DNA from: the human T2T-CHM13v2.0 reference genome, Homo sapiens
DNA: 64,000 nt
Assembly (NCBI RefSeq): GCF_009914755.1
Contig: NC_060945.1
Reading direction: 5' to 3' (one strand)
The translations under genes were made by a program, and so were the position numbers. A model generated the notes under the pieces. That model was not told where the DNA came from. It did no database searches and was given only the letters and a program-made list of their open reading frames with translations. How positions within the stretch are numbered: the first letter of the stretch is position 1; every line of letters begins with the position of its first letter. Below, one piece after another: positions 1 to 13,409 of this stretch.

Positions 1-164
1 GGAGGTGCACAACTTTGCCATCCCAGAGGCTGAATTTATCATTGCACTTCAGCCTGGGGGATGTGACTCTGCTCTCTGAACTTGGGGAGGCCAGGAGGCA
101 AGAACCCAAGTATTTGAGACTTGAAACTGGATCCATCTTTGACTTACAGTCAGTCAAGTGACTA

Positions 165-328
165 CAGAGAAGTTACCTACCTCAAGTAGCCAGTTTCTTT
201 AACAGCAAAGTGATGATAAAATCTTTGTGGTAAGGTGGTTGGCAAAGTGTTAGGAATTTAGAATGAGGCAAAATGCATGAGTGTCTGGCTCAGTGTAGGT
301 GTCTAATAAATGTAAGCTGTCATTATTG
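165..328 (+). mobile_element. MIR-like SINE fragment (degraded)
   Basis: Resembles the MIR core and 3' end (cagtttctt...aaagtgatgataa...gtgtctggctcagtgtaggtgtctaataaatgtaagct...attatt). Confidence 0.5.
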
Positions 329-899
329 ATAAACCAGTGTGGTAAAGAGTCAACCATAGCTTCCCTTATCAACATGCAACACACAACACTTCACTCAACT
401 GAAGCCATGGGACTCAGTTTCCCTTGGCTACAGCCAGTTGGACCAGTGGTAGGCACTTGACTCAAGGGGTGGGCTCAGCCTGTCTGAATATTTCTCTAGT
501 GATTCTGAATTAACCTTCATGGGAGCTGAGCCAGTTAAGGTGAGGGAGATGTTGAGCTGGGACAAGGCTGGTGTGGTGACAGGTAAAAGTTGCAAAAAAG
601 GTTTTAAAAAACTTTTTTTTTTTTTCAAGGAGCTGCAAAAGCCCATGTGGAGACAGGTGCAGGAAGAAGGAGAGGACTTGAGACTCAAGGTACATGAGCC
701 CATGAGAGATGAAGAGGTAGCCTAGGTTGAGTTAGTCATTTGGTAGCAATGAATAGAAACCCACTCATACTAGCTAAAAAAAGAGAGAATTATTCAGGTC
801 TCACAGACATCCAAGAATAGAACATCCAAGACACCCAAGAAAAGAACAGAACACCATGGGCAGGCAGAATTATATTAGATTTATAAATAAACTAGGGCA

Positions 900-1270
900 C
901 AGTGGGGAAGAATTGACGTCTTTATATTATTGTTTTTATAGCATTTTATGACGTTTGGTGGTTTTGTAGTTTTCTTCATATAGGTCTTGCACATTTCTTT
1001 TTGTTCTATTTCTAAGTGTTTCATAGTTTTTGTTGTCCTTGTAAGCACGATATTTTTCCAAAGCATTCTCTAGTAGGTGTTGCTGTTATCTCAAAGAACT
1101 ACTGATTTCTGTAGATTTAGCTCTGTAACCATTCATCTTACTGAACTACATTCCTGATCATTTTCCAGTGAATATTTTTGGATTTCCAGGTCCTATCACT
1201 TGCAAATAACAATAATTTTGTCTCTTCTTTCCGACTACTTTCAATTCCTTTTCTTTATTCTGTCTCATCT
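900..1270 (-). mobile_element. Old L1 (L1M) ORF2 fragment, antisense
   Basis: T-rich antisense L1 pattern (ttgtagttttcttcatataggtcttgcacatt...aactactgatttctgta). ORF 881..1066(-) 'TKTMKHLEIEQKEMCKTY' resembles the L1 ORF2p segment TKRIKYLGIQLTRDVKDL. Confidence 0.7.
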
Positions 1271-1635
1271 TCCTGTGTGTTGAGGGAGGCTTGGGCATGA
1301 TTTCAGTCTCAACAGTTATAGTGACAGACCATCTCACGGGTTGTCATTTGCATGGGTCAGCTATTTTGGGTTGATTGATTTTAACTTCATAAGATCATCT
1401 TTTCTCAAGTTTTATGAGTCTCTTATTGTACCTTTGAATGCACACATTTTATAGACTGTGGAGATTAACCTAAATAAATTAGTATAATTGTAAGGGGAGA
1501 TTGAACAGGAAGAGTTTAGGGTTAGGGCTTATTTAGGATTTGCGTTTAAGATGAGGATTCACACAAATGTCATGTTTAGGAGATTTCACTTGATTACAGC
1601 TCAAATCGTGGACAATCAAGGTAGAGTCCCTTGGT

Positions 1636-2311
<676 letters not shown>

Positions 2312-3419
2312 TTCAGCTCACCCTTGGGCTTCATTTTCTGTAATTTGATCAGACTGAACAGTAGATTGGACTTTGTTTACTGCCCATCAATTTACTGCAC
2401 AACGTGGATTTATGCTCATTGCCTGCCACTCTTCCCCTCTGGTTGCTGCTTCAAGACTGGCTCCATTTTCCCTACAGCTGTGACAATGCACTATGTTCAG
2501 TGCCCCATTGCCCTTTAGGAAGTCTTTTGCTCTTTTGTTAACAGTTGCTTAATTCAATAAGAATTAAGGGTAAACAGAATGCTGCTATGCTTTATGTGCC
2601 CTCCATGGGAGTTAGGAGTCTGCAGAGAGGGGATGATGATGGGTTTGGGCTGAGGCATGTGTTGGAGGGCACCTGCTGGAGGGCAAGGCTTGATCAGGCT
2701 TTATGAATAAAACCGCCAGAGGATTGTTAAAGTAGAGCCACTGTTCTTGCTCTCTGCCCTGTAAAGCTGATTTGAATATGAAATTTTTGCCCCGCACCAA
2801 AAAAAAAGCTAACCACTCATTATATTATATGCCTGTGCTTCAGGCTTTCTCTGGCATCTGACGGTTTAAAGAGCTACTACCATCACATGGACCATGACAG
2901 CTCACAAAGGAGAGAGATGTACTTCTCTGTTAGTGCTTCTGGGGCTTCTACTGGGGGTCTTTCTTGTAGCCCCCAAGCTAAGTAAGAATTTTCTAGGCTA
3001 CCTACAGCATGAACTATGTTGTTAGATGTTGTCTTGTTCAAAGCCAGGCTGAGTCTTTGATTTAATGAGATGGATTCCTGCACAGAAATGCCTAGACTCA
3101 GGTGAAATCACATGGTATTCGATGTAACTAGGAGGAGTCCATGCCTTCCTGCTGTATTCTTCCTGCTGTATTCTTATGTGAACCTTACTGATGCCAGAAA
3201 TATTAGGCTGGCTGCTTTCCTCCCTCTGCTGCAGCCAGGCCACCTGTACCCAGGCCTTCTAACCAAGCACTGTGGTTTGGGAACCACACATGCGGCATGT
3301 CTGGCTCTAGACAAAATCACTTGTGGCTGACTCTGTAACTCTTGACAGGTGCAAAGGCTTAGACAGTGCTAATCCTGAGAGCTAACACTGTTCTATACCT
3401 GGATACTTTCAGTGACCAT

Positions 3420-4310
3420 CCCTCCAATATCACCACATCATTTCCTCTTTCTAGTATATTCTGTAACAACCAGAGTAATTTTTAAAAACTGCAAACCTGG
3501 TCCTATCATCTTTTCCATGCTTACCTCCCCTCAAACTTCAACATTCTTTAATGTCTTAACTGTGCTCATAGGATAAAGCCAATTTCCTCTGTGTGGCACC
3601 CACACTGCCACCTCTCCTCTTGTTCTGGAGGCTTCTGATGTTCCTGGGATGTGCTCTCTTGCCCGCCCCAACATCAAGATGCTTGAGTCTGCTTCTCAAT
3701 CTCACCCTGCCCCTCTTTCTCTGCATCTGGTACTTCCTATCATCTTAGTTCTGAGCTGACCTGTTACTTTCTGGAGTAGTTGAGGGAGAACGAACTGATG
3801 GAAAGACAAACCCCCAAATCCCGGTGCCTGAACCCAGTAGAACTTTATTTCTTGCTTACAGCAGAATCCAAGACTGGTGCTCCAGAGTCATCTGCATTTT
3901 CCATGCGGGAGGCTGTGTCAAAAGTTTCTGATGGGTTAAACCCAGAAGTGACTGATTGACATTGATTCCACTGGCTGGGAGAAAACACCTGGTCTCGCCT
4001 ATGTGCAGGTGAGCAGGGAAATGCAGTCCACCTGTGTGCTCAGGAAGTGGAGGAAGCAGATTTGGGGCATCACTGCAGTTTCTGCCACAGCCCCCTCCCC
4101 TCACACCCCAACCCTTCCCACATACCTACTCACCCGACTCACCTAAGGTCCTGTTCCTGATGGCACTTATTACAACTGTAATTCACAGGCATCACTGTGA
4201 TTGTCCAATCAATACTCGTCTCCTCCATGCTGCTCCATGAGGTCAGGGACACCCGTTTTACCAGCGGTTCAGGTGCTCTGTAAGAACTTGCAGCAAGAAT
4301 GAATAAATAC
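3420..4310 (+). mobile_element. L2 3' fragments interrupted by an old MLT1-like LTR (~3800-4090, minus)
   Basis: L2 motifs ccagagtaatttttaaaaactgcaaacctg and ctccatgaggtcagggacac...gaatgaataaat. The internal segment ends ...gggaaatgcagtc...tctgccaca, typical of old MLT1. Confidence 0.55.
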
Positions 4311-4734
4311 ATCCATGCCCACATTTGTGGCATGCACTCTACAGAAATCATCTTTCCCAGTGTATTTGAGGGCAGAGGTACATAAAGGAACCCTAATGTT
4401 TTCATTCAGTAAACAGTCAAGGAAGACCTTGATCTGGTCAGAGTCCAAAGTCAGCCGGTATGCTTCAGCTTTTCATTTTCCTCTCTAAGGAGGGTGTTAG
4501 AAAGCCACTGCACTGTAGATTTTCTTGTCATCCTAGTTTACAATGGCTAGACATAGAGTGGAATTCAGGACAGATAGGCACCAAGACACAGGTACGTTTC
4601 TAGGCCTCTGTTTATTCCCCCAAAAAGCTGAACAAATCCCCAAGCCTATGGTGGTCTTGAGGTCAACAGGCACCTGAAAACTGCAAACCCAGGATCCTAC
4701 TTTATTCCATGCTATTCTTTCTTTTACAGGCTCT

Positions 4735-5101
4735 TTGCAACCTGCAACTTCCACCTCCTGGGTTCAAGTGATTCTCCTGTCTCAGCCTCCCAAGTAGCTA
4801 GGATTACAGGTGCTCACCACCATGCCCGGCCAATTTTTGTATTTTTAGTAGAGATGGGGTTTCACCATATTGGCCAGGCCGGTCTCAAACTCCTAACGTC
4901 GGGTGATCCATCCACCTCAGCCTCCCGAGTAGCTAGGATTACAGGTGCTCACCACCATGCCTGGCTAATTTTTGTATTTTTAGTAGAGATGGGGTTTCAC
5001 CATATTGGCCAGGCCGGTCTCAAACTCCTAACATCGGGTGATCCATCCACCTCAGCCTCCCAGAGTGCTGGGATTACAGGCGTGAGCCAACATGCCTGGC
5101 C
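4735..5101 (-). mobile_element. Alu with 135-bp internal tandem duplication and no poly(A) end
   Basis: ctcagcctccc recurs at 4781, 4916 and 5051 (period 135). The two copies share private variants (gctaggattacaggtgctcacc, ccatattggccaggccggtc). Confidence 0.95.
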
Positions 5102-5344
5102 ATGTCATTCTTTCTGTATAGAACAAATGCCTGCTGTTAGCCTACCCTCACTGTAGGCAGTGGACTGCCCTGGGCTTGTGGTCAGCCAGCCTAGTACTGG
5201 AGTTGTCCTGGGAAAGAAGCACAACTTCCTCTGGCCGCAACCTTCCCCTCTATAAAATGGACATAACTCCCAGGATGGTAGGGAGGGATTAAAAGCAACC
5301 TATGTGGAGCTCTTCCTGTGTATCAGGTTGTGGCAAGCTATTAA

Positions 5345-5515
5345 GGGCTTCACACATATTATTTCATTGAGTCTTAATAGTCTTAAAGAGGATGTACTTT
5401 ATCCGCATTTTACAGATGAGAAACCTAAGGCTCAGAGAGGATGAGGGTCATGCAGCTATTGAGAGATGAGGTTGAATTCTGCATCTGGGTTTGACTTGAG
5501 AGCCTGAAGTCTTTG
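5345..5515 (-). mobile_element. MIR
   Basis: Antisense MIR core cattttacagatgagaaacctaaggctcagagagg. Confidence 0.8.
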
Positions 5516-5688
5516 ACACCCTATTCATCTAGTAGGAGGCATTGAACACCAATGTGTTTTGTAACTTACAGTGCTTCCTATCCATGTGGGGCACCATTTG
5601 GGTTCTGTAATCTCCAGTGCCCCCATGATGCCTCTCATGATTCAAGTCCTTTGGGGATCCTCTGCCTCTGCATTCCAATAGTGATGAC

Positions 5689-6125
5689 TGTAGACAGAAT
5701 AAGACCCCTAAAGATGTCCATGTCCAAAACCCCAGAACACATGAATATGCCCAAAAGGACTTCATGGATGTCATTAAGTTAAAGATTTTGAGATGGAAAG
5801 ATTGTACTGGATTGCCTGAGTGGGTTCAATGTAATCACAAGCATATTTCGAAGAAGGAGGCAAGAGAGGATCAGCATTGGAAAAAAGGGTGGGAGGAATG
5901 TGCTTTGAGGATGGAGGAAGGGGCCAAGAACCAAGGAATGCAGGTGGCCTCTAGAAAAGGAAGGAACAGATTCTCCCTAGGAGTCTCCAGAAGGAACACA
6001 GCCCTGCCAAAACTTTGATTTTTACCTTATTATAATAGACACATTTTGGACTTCTGAGCCCCAGAACTATAGCATAGTAAATTGTGTTGTTTGAAGCTAC
6101 TAGGTTCGTGGTAGCTTGGAAATTA
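5689..6125 (+). mobile_element. MLT1D-like ERVL-MaLR LTR
   Basis: cccctaaagatgtccatgtcc...gttaaagattttgagatgg...ccaaggaatgcaggtggcctctagaa...cagattctccctaggagtctccagaaggaacacagccctgcc. Confidence 0.85.
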
Positions 6126-7829
6126 TAATGCAGTGGTAATTTCTGTGCCATGTCTCTAGTACCTTAATGCTTGGTGTGGTCTTGCAGCTCACCTGTTATG
6201 CATGCACTGATTACTATCACCCCAGCTCACACAGCATCCCTCGAGACAGTCATCCAGTACATCCCTCTCTGTGAGGACACTGCAGATACAGAAGAGCTGA
6301 TGAAATGTTTTCTGGTCTTTAAAACTGTGGTACGGTGGTGAGGCTACTGAGATGGCTGGCAGATCACACTGTCCTCAGCCCTGGTCTCTGGGAATGGGTG
6401 GGATCTGCAGCAACATGATTATACCACAGTCTCTGTAGGACCCCCTTGGACAGGGAGGTGCCAAGGGCTGAGGCGAGCCAGCAGCATCGTGGTTCGTCAG
6501 CTGCTGTGGCCTGACAACCGTGGGTGAGCTTTGGAGGCTGGCCTGTGGCCAGCACTGGCCACAATTTTCTCCTTGTTCAGGTGTTGCTCAGGCTCTTTCG
6601 TGTGATTTGTTTGCAACCAAGCCAGCAGCCTCTGCAACCCCAGGCACGGAGCCAAGCCAATAAATCTGGCTGCCATGCAAATGGCTGTGCCATTGCAGAG
6701 CTGCAGGCCGAGAGGGAGCTGTGAAGATTCTGCACCATTTGTATTCCTGCCTGAAATACCATGCCATTCCCTGCATTCCCTGGCCCCACTTCTGTCAAGC
6801 TCCCAGGGGAGGAGCTGCCCATCCACCCAGTGTAAAGGACCGGTGGGGTGGTAAAGCAGAAAGTGGGTGTTCTATGACTTTGATAACCTCCTTGTGGGTG
6901 TGTGAAGGTGAGGGAACTCCGTGGGACAGTGATTGGAGTTGTTGGGTCCCCCTTTTCGATTGTCTTGGTCTCAATGAACAAAGGCATTCTTCAGCTCCTT
7001 TCTGAATGCCTGGCTCCCAATCCAGGTCTCATTTACTCAGTGCCTCTCACCCACATCTACTGGCTCCCTGATGTGTTTTCATGTTTATAAATCAAAGAGC
7101 GTGAATGTTGCTAGCTACCTTAGGGACCTCATCCAGCCCTGCATTTTATAAACAAGTGAAGCAAAGCTCTGAGAAATGGAGCGCTTGCCTGCAACCACAG
7201 GTCAGGCCCAGGCATAGCATCCTTCAGGGCCAGTGCATACCCTGATGCAGCTGAACCCTCAGCAAGGCTGCTGCCACCCATCTGCAACTCTCCACCAGAG
7301 ATGGGAGGCTGTGTTTTGTCCATCTAGGCCCTGAGACGCCCCTTGCTGGCTAGGTTGCCCAATCACTTGCTTGAATTCCCTGGGAATAGACATGGAAGAA
7401 AGAGCAAAAGCAAACAAACAGTGGCCCACTCCATTGCTTTTTCAGTGTGAATTTCAGAAGAGTGGAGGGGAGGGATGTGGCCATTAGGATGGAATCTCAG
7501 CGCTTTATCTGACACCCCCAGTAACGGTGGCTTCAATGACAGGGCTCATGTGTCTCATCTGTAAGAGTCTGGATTAGCAGCAGCTTCCTGGTATTAGGAC
7601 CAGAACTTCTACCTTGTCTGGCCATCTTTAATGTCCTGCCCTTTCTCTCATAGTCTGAGATGGATCACCACTGCATTCATGTCCAGCCACAGGAAGGGGA
7701 CAAGGCGGTGGACAACTGGGAGTATGGACGGAGAAGAGCACAGTCTCTGCCTCATGGGCCATCTTTTGTGGCCTAAACTAGGTAGATAGGCACACATGTG
7801 GCCTGAGTTCCCCAGACGGTTGACACCTG

Positions 7830-8290
7830 TCCAATTCTCCTGGTGCTGTGTGGCCTGGAGACATGTGATTGGAATGGCAGAAGATGGTTTCCATCCATGC
7901 ACGCATCTTCCCAGCACTCATCCTTCCAGCTAATGCTGATGCATCTCCTAGCCAGCACACAGGGCAGCTGGAAGTGATTGGCATTCCTGCCGCTCAGCAC
8001 CGTTCCTGGCCAATGCCTGGTGGGACTTGGAGGATAAATATCCCAGCTAACTTGCTCTCTATGTGAAATCACTCTGAGGCTGTACTGTTCTGCCTTCCAG
8101 AGTTCTGTTGTAGGGGTGAGCCCCAGGTCACACGCAGTAAACTGCTGGAGGGTGCACTTTGCATGGGCTTTGCTCTGTGTCTCACATGCTCACTTCCCTC
8201 CTGATACTCCCCAGAAAACCTCCCAAACAAACCACTTATATTTAAATGCTTGTCTCAAGGTTTGCATCTAGGAGAACCCATCCCAAGACA
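7830..8290 (+). mobile_element. LTR16-family ERVL solo LTR
   Basis: ggataaatatcccagc and the 3' end aaaccactt...ttgtctcaaggtttgcatctaggagaacccatcccaagaca match the LTR16 terminus. The 5' boundary is approximate. Confidence 0.65.
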
Positions 8291-8325
8291 TATGGCAAAG
8301 GAGACACGTGGGCATTTTTAGCTAA

Positions 8326-9494
8326 AACTCCAGGTTCCAAGAATTCTGGACCATATGCACCATATGTTTTGTTTACATCTTATGTTTCACAACCTCGTTT
8401 TTTTAATTAAGAAATCAGCCTCTTAAGATATAAGTGGGCAGAAATTAACTTAGTTTTTGTCCATCAAGAGTTATTTCCTTTCCTTGAAGGAAAAGCTTCC
8501 CTACAAGGGAAGGAAGGTGGAGTAGGAGGACCCATCTGCTCTGTGTTGGAATTCATCTAAGTCCTGGAAGTACGAAGACGAGAGAGACATGGTCTCTACT
8601 TTCTCTGGAAGCTTCATTCAAATGGGAGACTTAAGAGACATATATATGAGAGGTCAGCTAAGAGCATGAGAGAAAAATGCAAGATGTGTCGCAGTGAAGC
8701 TCACATTTATGAAAAAGCAAATGTGTCCTTGAGAAAGGGACAGGACTCCATGGATAGCTGGGAAGGCAGAAGCTTCTAGAAGAGGACCAGAGAGGTAGGA
8801 GGAGGAGAAAGGACCCTCAGCCCAAGAGTGAGGGTCTCAGTGTCTATCACAAGATCACGTGCTGCTGCGTCAGCCTCACCTATTTGATCACAGGCATTTC
8901 AGCCATGAACCCCTCTCTTCTGCCTCCTTGGGAATTGTATACGAACTCTCCCTCTGCTTTTCTAGGCTGGTGGAACATGCATTTCGGTGGCTTCAGGGAC
9001 TCTGCTTTCTTTACTGATTTGCATGTGTGACTTGGTGCTCCACTCTCTGGGATACGCTGACATCTTGAATCTGCTTCTGCATCTCAGGTTAAAACAGGGA
9101 TGTGCTCTGTGCACATGTTCATCCCCTCCCTTCCCTGTGCCACGTTACCCATGGCCTGGCCCCTCTCTGTCTTCCTGATGCTTGCCTATTTGCTCTCTGT
9201 TGAAGAACTTCAGGTTCCAAGCATTCTGGACCATACGTACCATGGTTTGTTTATGTCTTATTTTTCACAACCTCTTTTTTTTAAATTAAGAAATCAGTGC
9301 CTTAAGATAAAAATGGGTAGACATTAACTTAGTTTATGTCTATCAAGAGTTATTCCCTTTCCTTGAAGGGAAGGAAGGTAGAGTAGGAGGGTGTGACCCA
9401 ACTGCTTTGTGTTGGGATCCATCTAAGTCCTGAAGGTATGGTGATGAGAGAGATGTGGTCTCTATTTTTTTCTGGAAGCTTCATCCCAGTGGGA
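8326..9494. repeat. Diverged ~300-bp direct duplication (8326-8627 and 9206-9494)
   Basis: Colinear shared blocks: caggttccaag.attctggaccata, aattaagaaatcag, attaacttagttt, tcaagagttatt, catctaagtcctg, ctggaagcttcat. Confidence 0.9.
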
Positions 9495-10587
9495 TGCCCA
9501 TTACCCTCAGACCATTCATGGAATGGTCCTCACTCCCTGAGAACAACTCTGTGTTTGGTCACCTCAGTCACCTTGAAGCTCTCTGTCCTTGGGATAGCTG
9601 CTTCCCAGGAGGCTCCCTGATGCCTTGTGCCAATGTTCTTTGGTGGACAAAAGCTCTCAGCCACCCTGGCTGCAGAGAGGCATGACCCTATAGCCTGCAA
9701 ATAGCAGAGCCCACCTCCCAGCACCTGTGCTAGTCTAGGACTGTGAAAAGCTATTCTAACTAAAATCAATTCAGTTTGGGGTGAAATTGATTCCACTGTA
9801 GCCCCTCAGCATTTTCCAGGGTCCTGTCTTTCCTCTTTTCCTATAGTTTTTAAGTCCCATGCTGTGATTTTCTAGTTTCCTTTATGGGCAGTGTAACAAG
9901 CTGAGTTACCATCTAGATAGATTACATCATTTTTAACTTGCTTTAAACTGGATGCTCATTCTGGATTGAATCAGTCCTGGGGTGTTTCTCTTGGCTTCCT
10001 CTGGTCTGGAATCACACTCATTCCCAATCTGAGGTCTCCCCAGTGGCTTTCCATAGGGTTCATGGACTCTATCATTCTGTTTGTAATAAGAAGTCTGACT
10101 TAGTCTCTAAGACAACAGTTAGTTCAGTAGGTTGTGGGGATAATGTGGGGCTTAGCAGGACTGTGTGGGTCGCTCTATCCTGAACCCATATCCACTAGAA
10201 AGGTCCAGAACTTGATATGCTACTGAAGGTGAGGGGCTGGAACTGCTAACTACAGTTACTCAATCATTGTAATTAGTTATTCACCACCTTTCCTAATATC
10301 CAGGCTTCTTTTCCTCTCTATCTAGATCCCTACTATAGATCCCTTAAGAATAATAGTCATATTGCTTGGATAATCAATGCCAGATGCTGTTACTAACAAC
10401 CCCACCATTCAGTGATTTAATACACAGGAAGTATTGTTCTCACTCCTGTGAAGCCTGATGAGCTTTGTGCAGCTATCTAGGCAGCTCTCCATCCAGGCAG
10501 TGACTCAGGGATGCAGGTTCTGTCCCTTGGATGACTATGTCTTTGGGTCATTTGCTTCTGAGAGAAAGAGTTTGGATGATCACAAAA

Positions 10588-11060
10588 TGTGTTAGTTTCT
10601 AGGGCTGCCATAACAAATTTCCACACTGGATAGTTTACACAACAAAAATTTATTGTCTTACAGTTTTGGAGGCTGGAAGTCTGAAACCAAGGTGTTGGCA
10701 GGGGTGGTTCCTTCTGGAGACAGAGGGAGAATCTGTTCCATGGCTCTCTTAGCTTCTGGTGGCTGCCAGCAGTCCTTGGCATTCCTTGGAGTGTAGACAC
10801 GGAACTCCAGTCTCTGCCTCCATCCTCACATCACCCTTTGTGTCTGTGTGAATCTTCTTCTTTTTTTTTTTTTTTTTGCCTCTTACAAGGACAGCAGTCA
10901 TTGGATTTAGGGCCTACCCTAAATCTAGGATGATCTCATCTTTTGATCTTTAACTTACATCTACAAAAATACTTTTTTTCAGATAAGGTCTCCTTCACGA
11001 GTTCCATGAGTTAGGGCTTGGGTACATCGTTTAGGGGGGTGATATTCAACCCACTGCACA
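10588..11060 (-). mobile_element. MLT1C LTR nested in an older MLT1 LTR (~10355-11235)
   Basis: tgtgttagtttctagggctgccataacaaat...cagttttggaggctggaagtctgaaaccaaggtgttggcaggg...gtcattggatttagggcctaccc...attcaacccac. Confidence 0.88.
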
Positions 11061-11249
11061 CGTTTGTTTGTTTTATTATCATGCCTAGAAGTGGCGCCCA
11101 TGCCCACTCACATTCCATCGGTCAGCTCAAATCACACAGCACAGCCTCGGTTGCAAGGGAGGGTGGGAAGATCATCCTCCTATTTGCCCAGATAAGCAGA
11201 TGGAGGTGGTGAGCACCTAGCCAGTCTCAGACACGTGGCCAGTGTTCAA

Positions 11250-11480
11250 GGAGTGCTTCTTCTGTGCCCGATGCCATGCTGAGGACTTTGCAAGGATTAT
11301 CTCCTTTTAATCCTCACAAGAAGCCTCTGAGGCGGACACTTGTAGTTATCCAATCTTCAGACAAATAAACAGAGGCACAGAGTCCCTTGACAAATTTCCC
11401 AGGTCATTCATGAATGGTAGAACCACTGATTCCATCTAAGCAGACTTTTCAGAGCCTGTGCCTTTTGCCCCATAGGATGC
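11250..11480 (-). mobile_element. MIR
   Basis: tttaatcctcacaagaagcctctgagg...cagacaaataaacagaggcacagag. Confidence 0.65.
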
Positions 11481-13273
11481 TGCTTCTAACTGTACTGACT
11501 CCTGGTCTTTTATCCTTGTGGGACAGTTGTCACAGCCCCCATGCCTAGCCTCAGATTTCCTTTACTTATCACTGGGGGCTGAGCTCGTTGGAACTGAGTG
11601 CTTAGAGCTAAGTGCTGACTGGGGGCTGCCTTTCCTTGCAAAAGTTCTTTCTTTCACCCTAGACACTGTCTCAGCTTTCTTGTCCCCACAGTGACTTGTT
11701 CAAGGACACATCAAAGACTGAAAATATAGCCAAAGTTCTCACTTTCTGGTCCAGAAACTGGATGAAAGCAATTGACGGGAGTGACAATGCAGATGTCTCA
11801 AGTTGATGGAAGCAAATATTAACAAGTTCATCTGCCAAAGAAGAGAAGCCGGCTAGGTGGAGCCTGATGTTTTATTCTTCAAGCACAGCTATCAACTTTG
11901 AGTGAGAGGATACAGAAAATTTATTTCTACTTTGGCTGCTTTCAGAACTGCATTTATCAGCAGCTCCAGCATAATCTACATCAAGCTGCAAAGCATCAAT
12001 TGGCAGCCTGTTTGAAGCAGATCCAGGCTACCTTGTCTGAATAGAGCCACATACCATATTTGCAAGCAAGAAGGCTGTAGGTTCTTGGCAGGTGGGGAAA
12101 GGGACCAGGTTCACTTTCCTATTCTATGCTACCCCTTCTGTTCTGGAAAATTTTCTGCTGGCTTGCAGAAGATCAAAGCGGGAAAAATAAGCTTATGTAA
12201 TTTAGTACCTCATTACTGATTATTGATCCAGATCTGTCTTGTACACATAGCAGATAAAAAAGTAAATAATGTTTTGAAAGAAATAAAGACCAAGAGAATA
12301 ATGAAGCTGGAGGAAGGGCAAAAAGAAGGAAGAAAAGAATCAAAGGAAGGAAGAGAGACTGGAAGGGAAGAGAGAAAAGAAACAAAGTCACTAGGTGGGA
12401 AAGAAAATAACTTCCCTGTAGTTTGGTTTTGAGGTAGGAGAAAACATGTTCTACCATGCCTTTGATAAGTACATAGTTAGTGGATAACCCTGTCTGCCAC
12501 AAATTCTGGCAAGCCCACTCTCCGTGTCTGCAGATGCAACAGATTTCATTCTAGGAGTTGGATAGCCATGGTCAGTTTGTGACGGGGGCAGGTGACACCA
12601 GAGAGCATGAGTTGGGCTCTAGTTCACTCTGCATCTACCATGTCCAAGGCATTGTACCAATTTCATGGGGACAGAGTGAAGGATGCAGTCAGGCACAGGT
12701 AGTGCTTATAGGTTTTCTTCGGTGAGGCACAATGGCAAGACGTGGCCATCTGTCTTCAAGGAGTTTGCTTTTTCATGGAAGTGACAGACATGTTCCTTAA
12801 TGAGGTAAAAGTGGTGAGTCCTTTGAGAGACAAACAGATGAAGAATGGGAAGGGGGAGAGATCAATGTTGACTAGGGGAACACTTGATAGAGAAATATAC
12901 GTCTCGAAGAAAGCATAGAAGTTGAACAGGTGGAGATAGGGAAAAGGACATTTTAGGATGGGCCACACTCAGAGGCAAGAAAACACTTCTTTTGAGGAAT
13001 AGCAACTCTTCCAGGCTGGGAAGTGCATAGGGAGCTTGGAGGGGTGCAGTGGAATCTAAGTCTGGAGAGGTAGGTGAAGGCCAGGCTGGACGACAGATGG
13101 CCACTGTGGCCGAGCTGGCTAACAGCTCACCAGCCTGTCTTCTCTTCATCTTGGGAACAGCCTGTCAACACTGGCCAGCCTTCCTGGCAGTGAAATGTGG
13201 CCACGTGCCTGAGTCCAGGCCAGTGAAACCACAGGGCAGAAGCCACATGAGCCACTTTCAAGCCAGGTGCATA

Positions 13274-13370
13274 GAAAATAAAAGTGCTATGTGTGGTCCT
13301 CCATTCTCTTTATCCTTGTTTCCATGATGGGGAAAGAGAATGGAGGATCACACATAGCACTTTTATTTTC
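13274..13370. repeat. Inverted repeat with 38-bp arms and a 21-nt spacer
   Basis: 13274-13311 gaaaataaaagtgctatgtgtggtcctccattctcttt is the reverse complement of 13333-13370 with one mismatch (G:T). Confidence 0.97.
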
Positions 13371-13409
13371 ATGCCCATTAGGGTGACTTTGGAACTGGTT
13401 TAAGAGGGC

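Noticed and set aside
1515-1527. tttagggttaggg telomere-like motif
   Set aside because: Only two units, expected by chance.
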